From: Macrostomum hystrix
Lineage: Eukaryota; Animalia; Platyhelminthes
DNA: 64,000 nt
Direction of reading: 5' to 3'
Assembly: GCA_950097015.1 (NCBI GenBank)
Contig: CATNEN010000031.1
Span: forward strand, 1,488,001-1,552,000
Below, one piece after another: positions 1 to 11,500 of this stretch. The notes under the pieces are model-generated. The model was not told the origin of the DNA, did no database searches, and saw nothing but the letters and a program-made list of their open reading frames with translations. A program made the position numbers and the translations under genes. Within the stretch, counting starts at the first letter, position 1, and every line of letters begins with the position of its first letter.

Positions 1-3000
1 AAGCTGTAGATGGTCAGTTATACTACTGTGGAGTGTTAGATAAAGCTGTAGATGGTCAGTTATACTACTGTGGAGTGTTAGATAAAGCTGTAGATAGTCA
101 GTTATACTACTGTGGAGTGTTAGATAAAGCTGTAGATAGTCAGTTATACTACTGTGGAGTGTTAGATAAAGCTGTAGATGGTCAGTTATACTACTGTGGA
201 GTGTTAGATAAAGCCGTAGATGGCCAGTTATACTACTGTGGAGTGTTAGATAAAGCTGTAGATGGTCAGTTATACTACTGTGGAGTGTTAGATAAAGCCG
301 TAGATAGTCAGTTATACTACTGTGGAGTGTTAGATAAAGCTGTAGATGGTCAGTTATACTACTGTGGAGTGTTAGATAAAGCCGTAGATGGTCAGTTATA
401 CTACTGTGGAGTGTTAGATAAAGCTGTAGATGGTCAGTTATACTACTGTGGAGTGTTAGATAAAGCCGTAGATGGTCAGTTATACTACTGTGGAGTGTTA
501 GATAAAGCCGTAGATAGTCAGTTATACTACTGTGGAGTGTTAGATAAAGCTGTAGATGGTCAGTTATACTACTGTGGAGTGTTAGATAAAGCTGTAGATA
601 GTCAGTTATACTACTGTGGAGTGTTAGATAAAGCTGTAGATAGTCAGTTATACTACTGTGGAGTGTTAGATAAAGCTGTAGATGGTCAGTTATACTACTG
701 TGGAGTGTTAGATAAAGCCGTAGATAGTCAGTTATACTACTGTGGAGTGTTAGATAAAGCTGTAGATAGTCAGTTATACTACTGTGGAGTGTTAGATAAA
801 GCTGTAGATAGTCAGTTATACTACTGTGGAGTGTTAGATAAAGCTGTAGATAGTCAGTTATACTACTGTGGAGTGTTAGATAAAGCTGTAGATAGTCAGT
901 TATACTACTGTGGAGTGTTAGATAAAGCTGTAGATGGTCAGTTATACTACTGTGGAGTGTTAGATAAAGCCGTAGATAGTCAGTTATACTACTGTGGAGT
1001 GTTAGATAAAGCTGTAGATGGTCAGTTATACTACTGTGGAGTGTTAGATAAAGCTGTAGATAGTCAGTTATACTACTGTGAGGTGTTAGATAAAGCTGTA
1101 GATAGTCAGTTATACTACTGTGGAGTGTTAGATAAAGCTGTAGATAGTCAGTTATACTACTGTGGAGTGTTAGGTAAAGCCGTAGATGGTCAGTTATACT
1201 GCTGTGGAGTGTTAGATAAAGCTGTAGATGGTCAGTTATACTACTGTGGAGTGTTAGATAAAGCTGTAGATGGTCAGTTATACTACTGTGGAGTGTTAGA
1301 TAAAGCCGTAGATGGTCAGTTATACTACTATGGAGTGTTAGATAAAGCTGTAGATAGTCAGTTATACTACTGTGGAGTGTTAGATAAAGCTGTAGATGGT
1401 CAGTTATACTACTGTGGAGTGTTAGATAAAGCCGTAGATGGTCAGTTATACTACTGTGGAGTGTTAGATAAAGCTGTAGATAGTCAGTTATACTACTGTG
1501 GAGTGTTAGATAAAGCTGTAGATAGTCAGTTATACTACTGTGGAGTGTTAGATAAAGCTGTAGATGGCCAGTTATACTACTGTGGAGTGTTAGATAAAGC
1601 CGTAGATGGTCAGTTATACTACTGTGGAGTGTTAGATAAAGCTGTAGATGGTCAGTTATACTACTGTGGAGTGTTAGATAAAGCCGTAGATAGTCAGTTA
1701 TACTACTGTGGAGTGTTAGATAAAGCTGTAGATGGTCAGTTATACTACTGTGGAGTGTTAGATAAAGCTGTAGATAGTCAGTTATACTACTGTGAGGTGT
1801 TAGATAAAGCTGTAGATAGTCAGTTATACTACTGTGGAGTGTTAGATAAAGCCGTAGATAGTCAGTTATACTACTGTGGAGTGTTAGGTAAAGCCGTAGA
1901 TGGTCAGTTATACTGCTGTGGAGTGTTAGATAAAGCTGTAGATGGTCAGTTATACTACTGTGGAGTGTTAGATAAAGCTGTAGATGGTCAGTTATACTAC
2001 TGTGGAGTGTTAGATAAAGCCGTAGATGGTCAGTTATACTACTATGGAGTGTTAGATAAAGCTGTAGATAGTCAGTTATACTACTGTGGAGTGTTAGATA
2101 AAGCTGTAGATGGTCAGTTATACTACTGTGGAGTGTTAGATAAAGCCGTAGATGGTCAGTTATACTACTGTGGAGTGTTAGATAAAGCCGTAGATGGTCA
2201 GTTATACTACTATGGAGTGTTAGATAAAGCTGTAGATAGTCAGTTATACTACTATGGAGTGTTAGATAAAGCTGTAGATAGTCAGTTATACTACTGTGGA
2301 GTGTTAGATAAAGCTGTAGATGGTCAGTTATACTACTGTGGAGTGTTAGATAAAGCTGTAGATGGTCAGTTATACTACTGTGGAGTGTTAGATAAAGCCG
2401 TAGATAGTCAGTTATACTACTGTGGAGTGTTAGATAAAGCCGTAGATAGTCAGTTATACTACTGTGGAGTGTTAGATAAAGCCGTAGATGGTCAGTTATA
2501 CTACTGTGGAGTGTTAGATAAAGCCGTAGATGGTCAGTTATACTACTGTGGAGTGTTAGATAAAGCCGTAGATGGTCAGTTATACTACTGTGGAGTGTTA
2601 GATAAAGCTGTAGATGGTCAGTTATACTACTGTGGAGTGTTAGATAAAGCTGTAGATGATCAGTTATACTACTGTGGAGTGTTAGATAAAGCCGTAGATG
2701 GCCAGTTATACTACTGTGGAGTGTTAGATAAAGCTGTAGATGGTCAGTTATACTACTGTGGAGTGTTAGATAAAGCTGTAGATGGTCAGTTATACTACTG
2801 TGGAGTGTTAGATAAAGCTGTAGATGGTCAGTTATACTACTGTGGAGTGTTAGATAAAGCCGTAGATGGTCAGTTATACTACTGTGGAGTGTTAGATAAA
2901 GCCGTAGATGGTCAGTTATACTACTGTGGAGTGTTAGATAAAGCTGTAGATGGTCAGTTATACTACTGTGGAGTGTTAGATAAAGCCGTAGATGGTCAGT

Positions 3001-4418
3001 TATACTACTGTGGAGTGTTAGATAAAGCCGTAGATGGTCAGTTATACTACTGTGGAGTGTTAGATAAAGCCGTAGATGGTCAGTTATACTACTGTGGAGT
3101 GTTAGATAAAGCTGTAGATGGTCAGTTATACTACTGTGGAGTGTTAGATAAAGCTGTAGATGGTCAGTTAAACTACTGTGGAGTGTTAGATAATGCCGTA
3201 GATGGTCAGTTATACTACTGTGGAGTGTTAGATAATGCCGTAGATAGTCAGTTAAACTACTGTGGAGTGTCAGATAAAGCCGTAGATGGTCAGTTATACT
3301 ACTGTGGAGTGTTAGATAAAGCTGTAGATGGTCAGTTATACTACTGTGGAGTGTCAGATAAAGCCGTAGATAGTCAGTTATACTACTGTGGAGTGTTAGA
3401 TAAAGCCGTAGATGGTCAGTTGTACTACTGTGGAGTGTTAGATAAAGCCGTAGATGGTCAGTTATACTACTGTGGAGTGTCAGATAAAGCCGTAGATGGT
3501 CAGTTATACTACTGTGGAGTGTTAGATAAAGCCGTAGATAGTCAGTTATACTACTGTGGAGTGTTAGATAAAGCTGTAGATGGTCAGTTATACTACTGTG
3601 GAGTGTTAGATAAAGCTGTAGATGGTCAGTTATACTACTGTGGAGTGTTAGATAAAGCCGTAGATGGTCAGTTGTACTACTGTGGAGTGTTAGATAAAGC
3701 CGTAGATGGTCAGTTATACTACTGTGGAGTGTCAGATAAAGCCGTAGATGGTCAGTTATACTACTGTGGAGTGTTAGATAAAGCCGTAGATAGTCAGTTA
3801 TACTACTGTGGAGTGTTAGATAAAGCTGTAGATGGTCAGTTATACTACTGTGGAGTGTTAGATAAAGCCGTAGATGGTCAGTTATACTACTGTGGAGTGT
3901 TAGATAAAGCTGTAGATAGTCAGTTATACTACTGTGGAGTGTTAGATAAAGCCGTAGATAGTCAGTTATACTGCTGTGGAGTGTTAGATAAAGCCGTAGA
4001 TAGTCAGTTATACTACTGTGGAGTGTTAGATAAAGCTGTAGATAGTCAGTTATACTGCTGTGGAGTGTTAGATAAAGCCGTAGATAGTCAGTTATACTAC
4101 TGTGGAGTGTTAGATAAAGCTGTAGATGGTCAGTTATACTACTGTGGAGTGTTAGATAAAGCTGTAGATGGTCAGTTATACTACTGTGGAGTGTTAGATA
4201 ATGCCGTAGATGGCCAGTTATACTACTGTGGAGTGTTAGATAAAGCTGTAGATGGTCAGTTATACTACTGTGGAGTGTTAGATAAAGCCGTAGATGGTCA
4301 GTTATACTACTGTGGAGTGTTAGATAAAGCCGTAGATGGTCAGTTATACTACTGTGGAGTGTTAGATAAAGCTGTAGATGGTCACTTATACTACTGTGGA
4401 GTGTTAGATAAAGCCGTA
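1..4418. repeat. 42-bp minisatellite, ~105 copies, runs off the window start
   Basis: Unit AAGCTGTAGATGGTCAGTTATACTACTGTGGAGTGTTAGATA repeated head-to-tail with point variants and no spacers. Confidence 0.98.
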
Positions 4419-5295
4419 AAGTGTCGGATACAGAAAACCATAGAGTCGGACAGGGTAAACTTTTGGGTAACTATAATGTGCAATAATTATTTTGCTGAAT
4501 TAGCGGCAAAGATAATTAGACTCAAGTACAGCTGCTGGTTCCTAGGGGCAAACGGTGCAGCTCTTAACCCAATAAGATTCCTCCTTGACCAGAGAATGTT
4601 GTTGGCAAGCCAATAAGTGCACTTAATTAATTAATAGCACTGGAGGCTGTTAACTGACTGGGCAGGCACAAGCTGAAGGAACCAATAGTTTCAAAGACCG
4701 AATAAATATTATATTGCTTGACTGAGTTGTCTAAAAGTATTAGCTCGTAAAGTAAAAGTTGGCTTAAAATGACTTCCTATATCATATATTTTTGAGGCGG
4801 GAGTTACACGGAATAGGAAAAAGGCAGGGACAGACCGCAGGAGGAGACAGTCTCCCCTCCGTCACTGATTGGATAAAGACCAATGAAGCGTGTGATCAGC
4901 TGCCGTAGCCTTTTAATTGCTTGCTGGATGTGATGGCCAACATTTAGTCAGAGAAGGAAAGCAAACACAGCAAGGATGAATGAGAGCTGTGTCACAATGT
5001 GCTGCGCATCTGCAGCTGTCAAAATTAAATATTTGTGATCAAATCATTTGAACTCCGATGTATCAGGTCGCAGACAAAGCAGCGATCGACCTGACAGGGC
5101 CTTCCCGTCAGGCCCAGAGACATTGTGATTCGGCGAGGATCTGCAGCAACAGCGGAGGCGGCGGAGGAGGCGACGGAGACAAAAGCTGTCGGTTGGTTTT
5201 TCTAAGAAACTTGACCTGACGTTTTTCGAATTTTAGATTTCACTGTCGATATTTGGCCCCACACCGGGTGGCCCAGTGGCCCCCTTTTGCAGAGA

Positions 5296-5779
5296 ATAAT
5301 GTCCCTCCTTTTAGCATGCAGTGAACCAATGCCCCCCTTTTAGCACGCAGTGAACCAATGTCCCCCATTTAGCATGCAGTGAACCAATGTCCCCCATTTA
5401 GCATGCAGTGAACCAATGTCCCCCATTTAGCATGCAGTGAACCAATGTCCCCCATTTAGCATGCAGTGAACCAATGTCCCCCATTTAGCATGCAGTGAAC
5501 CAATGCCCCCCTTTTAGCATGCAGTGAACCAATGTCCCCCATTTAGCATGCAGTGAACCAATGTCCCCCTTTTAGCATGCAGTGAACCAATGTCCCCCTT
5601 TTAGCATGCAGTGAACCAATGCCCCCCTTTTAGCATGCAGTGAACCAATGTCCCCCATTTAGCATGCAGTGAACCAATGTCCCCCATTTAGCATGCAGTG
5701 AACCAATGTCCCCCATTTAGCATGCAGTGAACCAATGTCCCCCATTTAGCATGCAGTGAACCAATGTCCCCCATTTAGC
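5296..5779. repeat. 29-bp minisatellite, ~16 copies
   Basis: Unit TTTAGCATGCAGTGAACCAATGTCCCCCA in tandem. Confidence 0.95.
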
Positions 5780-6748
5780 AGAGAATTATTTTATGAATAT
5801 TTCAATGTATCGAAGATTTAAACTCGGATCAATGAAGTCAACGGAACTGCCTTTTCAATTAAAATGTTTATTTTAGGGTGAAAATATTGAAGTTGCATTA
5901 AAGTATGCATGTTCTATTACTTATAGTTAAAGCCATGTAATTTTTTACAAATCAAATCAAATCACTCAACCATCTGGCCTGGGCAAAGATTGTACGCAAC
6001 TCAAACTCAAATTAACTTACTAACACAGCCTCCCCAGCCCATGGACTGGACATATTGGCTAGGAGTATAATTTCATACTACGAGTGATATAATTAGATTT
6101 CATTCTTAATCCAACAAATGCTTAATCCGATTAGATTGTCCCAGCCTGCCTGATCGCTCGCGGATAATTGGCACTAATTAGTTCTAATCGATACTGGCAA
6201 TGCTTTTTAGTGCAGCAACTAAATTGGAAATAAAAATAATGATACCGCCTATTGAGTGCATCCGCTGTGACATCTGGTTGCTTCCTTAACGACAGACTGC
6301 AGAGTAAACGAGATTGAGCGAATGGGAGTGTGAGACACAGCGGGCTTTTATCTTAGATCCCGCCTCAATCGATCAGGAACACTATTCGATAGGTTCAACC
6401 AGAATATAAAGTATTCCTTGTTTAAAATACTTTACCTATGAGCTTACAAATAGCTTTGATTTTATTCTAGTGCCAACTAATGCCAAATTTTGGGCGACGG
6501 CTGCAAGAAATTCGGCTTGGTTGCCAACGAGTGGAGCCGGAATACTCACATTGATTACTTGAACATCTAGCACAGACTCATCGATTAATGCTCTCAGGAA
6601 TTCGCTCTCTAGATCACGTAGTTCAAGAGCTCCTGTCTCTCCCTCCTTTTGGACTTCAGAACTATGATCATAGTTGCACTATTGAGTCAGTGCAAAGGTT
6701 TAGTTGGCAGACACACAGAAGAAAGATTACATTTGATAGAGCTAGGAA

Positions 6749-6994
6749 GAGATACTCACTGAGATTGTGAGATACCCACTGAGATTGTGAGATACCCACT
6801 GAGATTGTGAGATACCCACTGAGATTGTGAGATACTCACCGAGATTGTGAGATACTCACCGAGATTGTGAGATACCCACTGAGATTGTGAGATGCCCACT
6901 GAGATTGTGAGATACCCACTGAGATTGTGAGATACCCACTGATATTGTTAGATCCGAGACCCACTGAGATTGTGAGATACCCACTGAGATTGTG
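6749..6994. repeat. 20-bp minisatellite, ~11-12 copies
   Basis: Unit GAGATACCCACTGAGATTGT in tandem. Confidence 0.93.
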
Positions 6995-7493
6995 ACATCA
7001 GAAACCATAAAGCCAACCTTAAGAACTGAGTGCATCGGTCTTTAGTAACTCCTTTGCCACTCCCTCGCGCAGTAGTTCGTGTTTCAGCTCTACTATATAT
7101 ATATACTATATATTTGTAGTGCATTGTCTAACTGGAAAGAAATATGTCAAAATATTTCGGTAGCAATTGGTGCGTTACGCGCACGGCCCGTGTACCTCGG
7201 ATTAACCTAAAGATGTGTCTCTTGCGGTGACCAGAATTTCCATGTGTTACAAGCGTGCTAATTACGAACCATATATATTACGAACAGATGGTCCCTGTGC
7301 TGGGCTAGGACTAAGTTATTAACCAGACAATGCGAAAGTAAATATTCTAGTTTGGAAACAGCTGACTCGCTACATTTAATTTTTTTCTTTTGCGAGTGCA
7401 GAACATGGGAGCAATGGGTTTGCAGAAGTTAAACACATTTTTGTTGAGTTCGTATCAAAATAGTGCCTTATTAGGTGCTTATTAAACACGGTT

Positions 7494-8377
7494 CACAGAT
7501 CCTATGTACACTAGATGGTTCACTCAGCAGGACTCTTATGATGGAGCTTGATTCCTCTGGCGATGTCCTCTGCCTTCCATCGCATTCCTTGACATTTTCT
7601 CTGTCGCAGCTTTTTTCAGAAATCTTCCGCTTTGCCCTTTATCAATGTCCGCTGAGTCTTTAGTCGTGAAATCCGAAAATTGCGCAGAGACTTAGCCTTG
7701 GTTTTTATTGTCAGCTTTAGCGTGCGCTTGAACATTTGAGACTCAATGGGCTGCTAGTCAAACTTGTCCGACTCCAGCGATTCTGCCGAGACTTGTCCGC
7801 ATAGGCTCTCTGATGAGCACTGGTGGGTACATGTTATCAGCCTCCTCGTCGGTACGAAGAATCACAGGCTGTAGCCCATCAGGTAGCAATCGCGGCAGCA
7901 CTTTCTCCAGATTTGGTAGTGCATTCCAAGCTAGACGAGAACCCGGCTTATTCCTCATGCCTGGTGGACACGTATATGATTCATCGTCGAAATGCTTACT
8001 GCACAATTTTAGATCGCTTGCCCGGATGTCTTCCAGACGGAGGTCCAGCATTTGTAACTCTAGAATCTCCATCCATCGAGTCGCGACGGTATCGTCTTGA
8101 GGAAAGCGGTGAAGTAGAACAGTAGCTTCTTGTGCAGAGCCGCGTACACACGAGCTGCCGCAGCCAGCAGCGCAGCAAATCTTTGAGTTCATGAAACTTC
8201 TCGGCTTCTATGCAAGGTCAACTTTCTTTTGACCACCACTGTCGACTTCTTCGTCTGCCAAGCATTTTTTAGACTTTTCTGGCCTTACTGCAACTCACGA
8301 TTCCGACCATAGACATTTGCAAAAGCGTTCCACATAGGCTAATGGAAGTGAACCATCTAGTGTATATAGGATCTGTG
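7494..8377 (-). mobile_element. Inverted-repeat-bounded non-autonomous DNA transposon (P-like) carrying a THAP domain
   Basis: 31-bp inverted repeat CACAGATCCTATGTACACTAGATGGTTCACT at 7494-7524 and 8347-8377 (1 mismatch) brackets the THAP ORF. No clean 8-bp TSD; only GTT is on both sides. Confidence 0.55.
7758..8192 (-). CDS. THAP (C2CH zinc-finger) domain protein or truncated transposase N-terminus
   Basis: MNSKICCAAGC...HRFP...W...LCSKHF...L...ALPNL matches the THAP signature (C-x-C, FP, W, C-x-x-HF, AVP-like). No catalytic transposase domain follows. Confidence 0.8.
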   Translation of the reverse strand: MNSKICCAAGCGSSCVRGSAQEATVLLHRFPQDDTVATRWMEILELQMLDLRLEDIRASDLKLCSKHFDDESYTCPPGMRNKPGSRLAWNALPNLEKVLPRLLPDGLQPVILRTDEEADNMYPPVLIREPMRTSLGRIAGVGQV

Positions 8378-8518
8378 GTTTACCCATTAGGCACTAGTTG
8401 AGTTAAGTTTGTTTAACACAGCTCCGACCATAGACAGCTTGTCAGTTTAGGCTAAATAACCATAGAATTGTCATTCTGATGGATGCTATCTAGTGTATGA
8501 GCTATGCTGTACCCGCAG

Positions 8519-11500
8519 ACTGAGCAGCAGCCCTGAGCACCCCAGCACCCCAGCTGAGGATACCAGCCAGTCCGAAAGCCTGCAACGGGACAAGCCGCCG
8601 TCATTCGTTAGACGAAGCAGCTCCGGCTCGATGGCCGCCTCCCTCAGTCCGGAGATGAAGCTGCGAATGCAGCAGCTGCTCAGGCAGAACGCCGGTGTAC
8701 TCAAGCTGGACTCCGTCTCCCTGCTGCTCGGAGCCGATACACGCAACCAGCGAGCAGCGGAACCTGTCAGTGTTTCGTGTAAAGAGCTGGACAAAAGGTG
8801 CGAGCCCGAACATTCTACTGTTAGTAGGCAATATATGCTGCGCTGTAATCGGGGCAGCACTGATTCAAGAACTGAAAGTTAAAAGCTCATTGATTCGAAA
8901 TTAGCAGTTTCGTAATAGCGAACTGTAAAGCTTCGCTGCTAATTCCCCTCCTGAATTTCTCTTCACTATCCCTTCTCGCTCCCCGCTCCTCTCTCTCCAC
9001 TCTCTCCTCTCGCTCCTCTCTCTCCACTCTCTCCTCTCTCTCCACTCTCTCCTCTCGCTCCTCTCGCTCCTCTCTCTCCTCTCGCTCCTCTCTCTCCTCT
9101 CGCTCCTCTCTCTCCTCTCGCTCCTCTGGCTCCTCTCTACCCTCTCTCTCCTCTCTCCACTCTCTCCTCTCGCTCCTCTCTCTTCTCTCGCTCCTCTCTC
9201 TCCTCTCGCTCCTCTCTCTCCTCTCTCTCCTCTCTCTCCACTCTCTCCTCTCTCTCGACTCTCTCCTCTCTCTCCACTCTCTCCTCTCGCTCCTCTCTCT
9301 CCTCTCGCTCCTCTCTCTCCTCTCGCTCCTCTCTCTCCTCTCTCTCCTTTCTCTCCTCTCTCTCTAATCGCTCCTCTCTCTCCTCTCTCTCCTTTCTCTC
9401 CTCTCTCTCTAATCGCTCCTCTCTCACCACTCTCTCCCCTCGCTCCTCTCGCTCCTCTCTCCTCTCTCTCTTTCGGCATGTCGAAAATATAAAACGATAA
9501 TAGTAACTTTTCTTTTTCTGCTTTGTGACTTTCTGTCCTATTTTTATCTACTCTTTACGATTCTTTATATATTCGCTCTCTCAACTTGTCCAATCTCTAT
9601 TCTATAGTTTAAGTCTCCTGCCCTGTCTCTATAGTACTTTCTGTTCAGAAAGTAAAAATCAGAAGTAATCAATCAGCTAAAAACAGTTAGTGTTGGTATT
9701 GATTGGATTTGATTACTCGTTGATTAAAAAGCTTCTAGCATTGAATTAGCTAGGCATTTTGCAGGACTTTTTTCTCAGCTAAGAAAAGTCTAGAACTGCC
9801 TACAATTAATTTCGCAGATAATTAAGGGAACATTTGTTTGACTCGCTTCCCAGTCAAAAATAAGGGATAATTACTACCGCTGGGAATTCGCAATTCCCAA
9901 CCGCCCCATACCCGAAAGGATCCAGCTGCAACAGCTGATTGCGACGGAAAAGAGATGGAGTCTTTGAAATTTAAAACCAAATTGATTCTTCATCTGACTG
10001 ACTGTGCTGCCCCGCGACTTGCGGTGTCAGTGCAGACCCTGCATGCGCTGCGCACTGCAGAACGCTTTGTAGCTCTACTAATCAATATATAGTCAGCGAA
10101 TTCTTTCTCATCACTGCATCACAAAACTCATTTGTCCTGGGATGACTGAGTGCGTAAAATAACCCCACTGAACTGCAAGTATCACTTCTCTCTCAAATCT
10201 TTATTCTCCCCTTTCTCATCTCACTCCTCCATCTCCTCTCTCTCCACTCTCTCCTCTCTCTCTCCTCTCTCTCCACTCTCTCCTCTCTCTCTCCTCTCTC
10301 TCCTCTCTCTCCTCTCTCTCCACTCTCTCCTCTCTCTCTCCTCTCTCTCCACTCTCTCCTCTCTCTCTCCTCTCTCTCCTCTCTCTCCACTCTCTCCTCT
10401 CTCTCCTCTCTCTCCTCTCTCTCCTCTCTCTCCACTCTCTCCTCTCTCTCTCCTCTCTCTCCACTCTCTCCTCTCTCTCCTCTCTCTCCTCTCTCTCCTC
10501 TCTCTCTCCTCTCTCTCCTCTCTCTCCTCTCTCTCCTCTCTCTCCTCTCTCTCCTCTCTCTCCACTCTCTCCTCTCTCTCCCCTCTCTCTCCTCTCTCTC
10601 CCCTCTCTCCTCTCTCTCCTCTCTCTCTCCTCTCTCTCCACTCTCTCCTCTCTCTCTCCTCTCTCTCCACTCTCTCCTCTCTCTCTCCTCTCTCTCCTCT
10701 CTCTCTCCTCTCTCTCCTCTCTCTCCACTCTCTCCTCTCTCTCTCCTCTCTCTCCACTCTCTCCTCTCTCTCTCCTCTCTCTCCTCTCTCTCCTCTCTCT
10801 CCTCTCTCTCTCCTCTCTCTCTCCTCTCTCTCCTCTCTCTCCTCTCTCTCCTACGTCCTCTCTCTACCATCACTCCAATACAATGTGTTGCTTATCATCG
10901 TTCGCAGCTGCTAGTGAGACCAGACGGTGCAGCCTAAACTGATTCCTAACGCGAGGCCAAACAAATGCAGGAACTGCAGTGACGCGCGTGCTGCTTCAGG
11001 GGTCTCTCTTTCGCTTGCAGATCCGCACCAGCGAAATAAGCATGGCTCCACGTCCACGAAAACAAGATTATGAGCCTACTCGCGAGGCAGCTAAGCTCCG
11101 ACCGCTGGCTGCTTTATTAGCATGAAAAATATTTCTTCCTAATGCAGTTTTTCTCCTAAATATTTCCTGCTGAAAAGCACGCTTCAAGTCAAGCCAACAT
11201 TGCCAATTACGCTCGTAATAAGGCAATTTGCCACATTTTCTATCGACACACGGCAGCTATAATGATCAGCTGAGAGAGGATGGCAGGGGGCAAGTGGTGG
11301 TTTTTTGCGAGTTTCACCTACGCCATTTCATGGAACGGGGCGGTGAAAGCGACTTGATAAAAGAGCTAAGCATATTTATTTGTGGTTGCCCTCCCCAGTT
11401 ACCCAGATCCAAAAAAATGCCCTTAGTTGAATGGCTTCCTCACGCCTCGACTGATGGATAAATAATTGGGGATTAGGCCTGAGGAAAAATAGGCTTGATT

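Noticed and set aside
33-4616. 1527-aa ORF (VLDKAVDGQLYYCG)n
   Set aside because: It follows from a 42-bp unit that is a multiple of 3 with no stop in one frame. It starts at GTG, has no non-repeat domain and has no other coding support.
8901-10914. Collagen-like (GER)n and RE-rich ORFs
   Set aside because: They are translations of (GA)n/(CT)n microsatellites, open in several frames at once.
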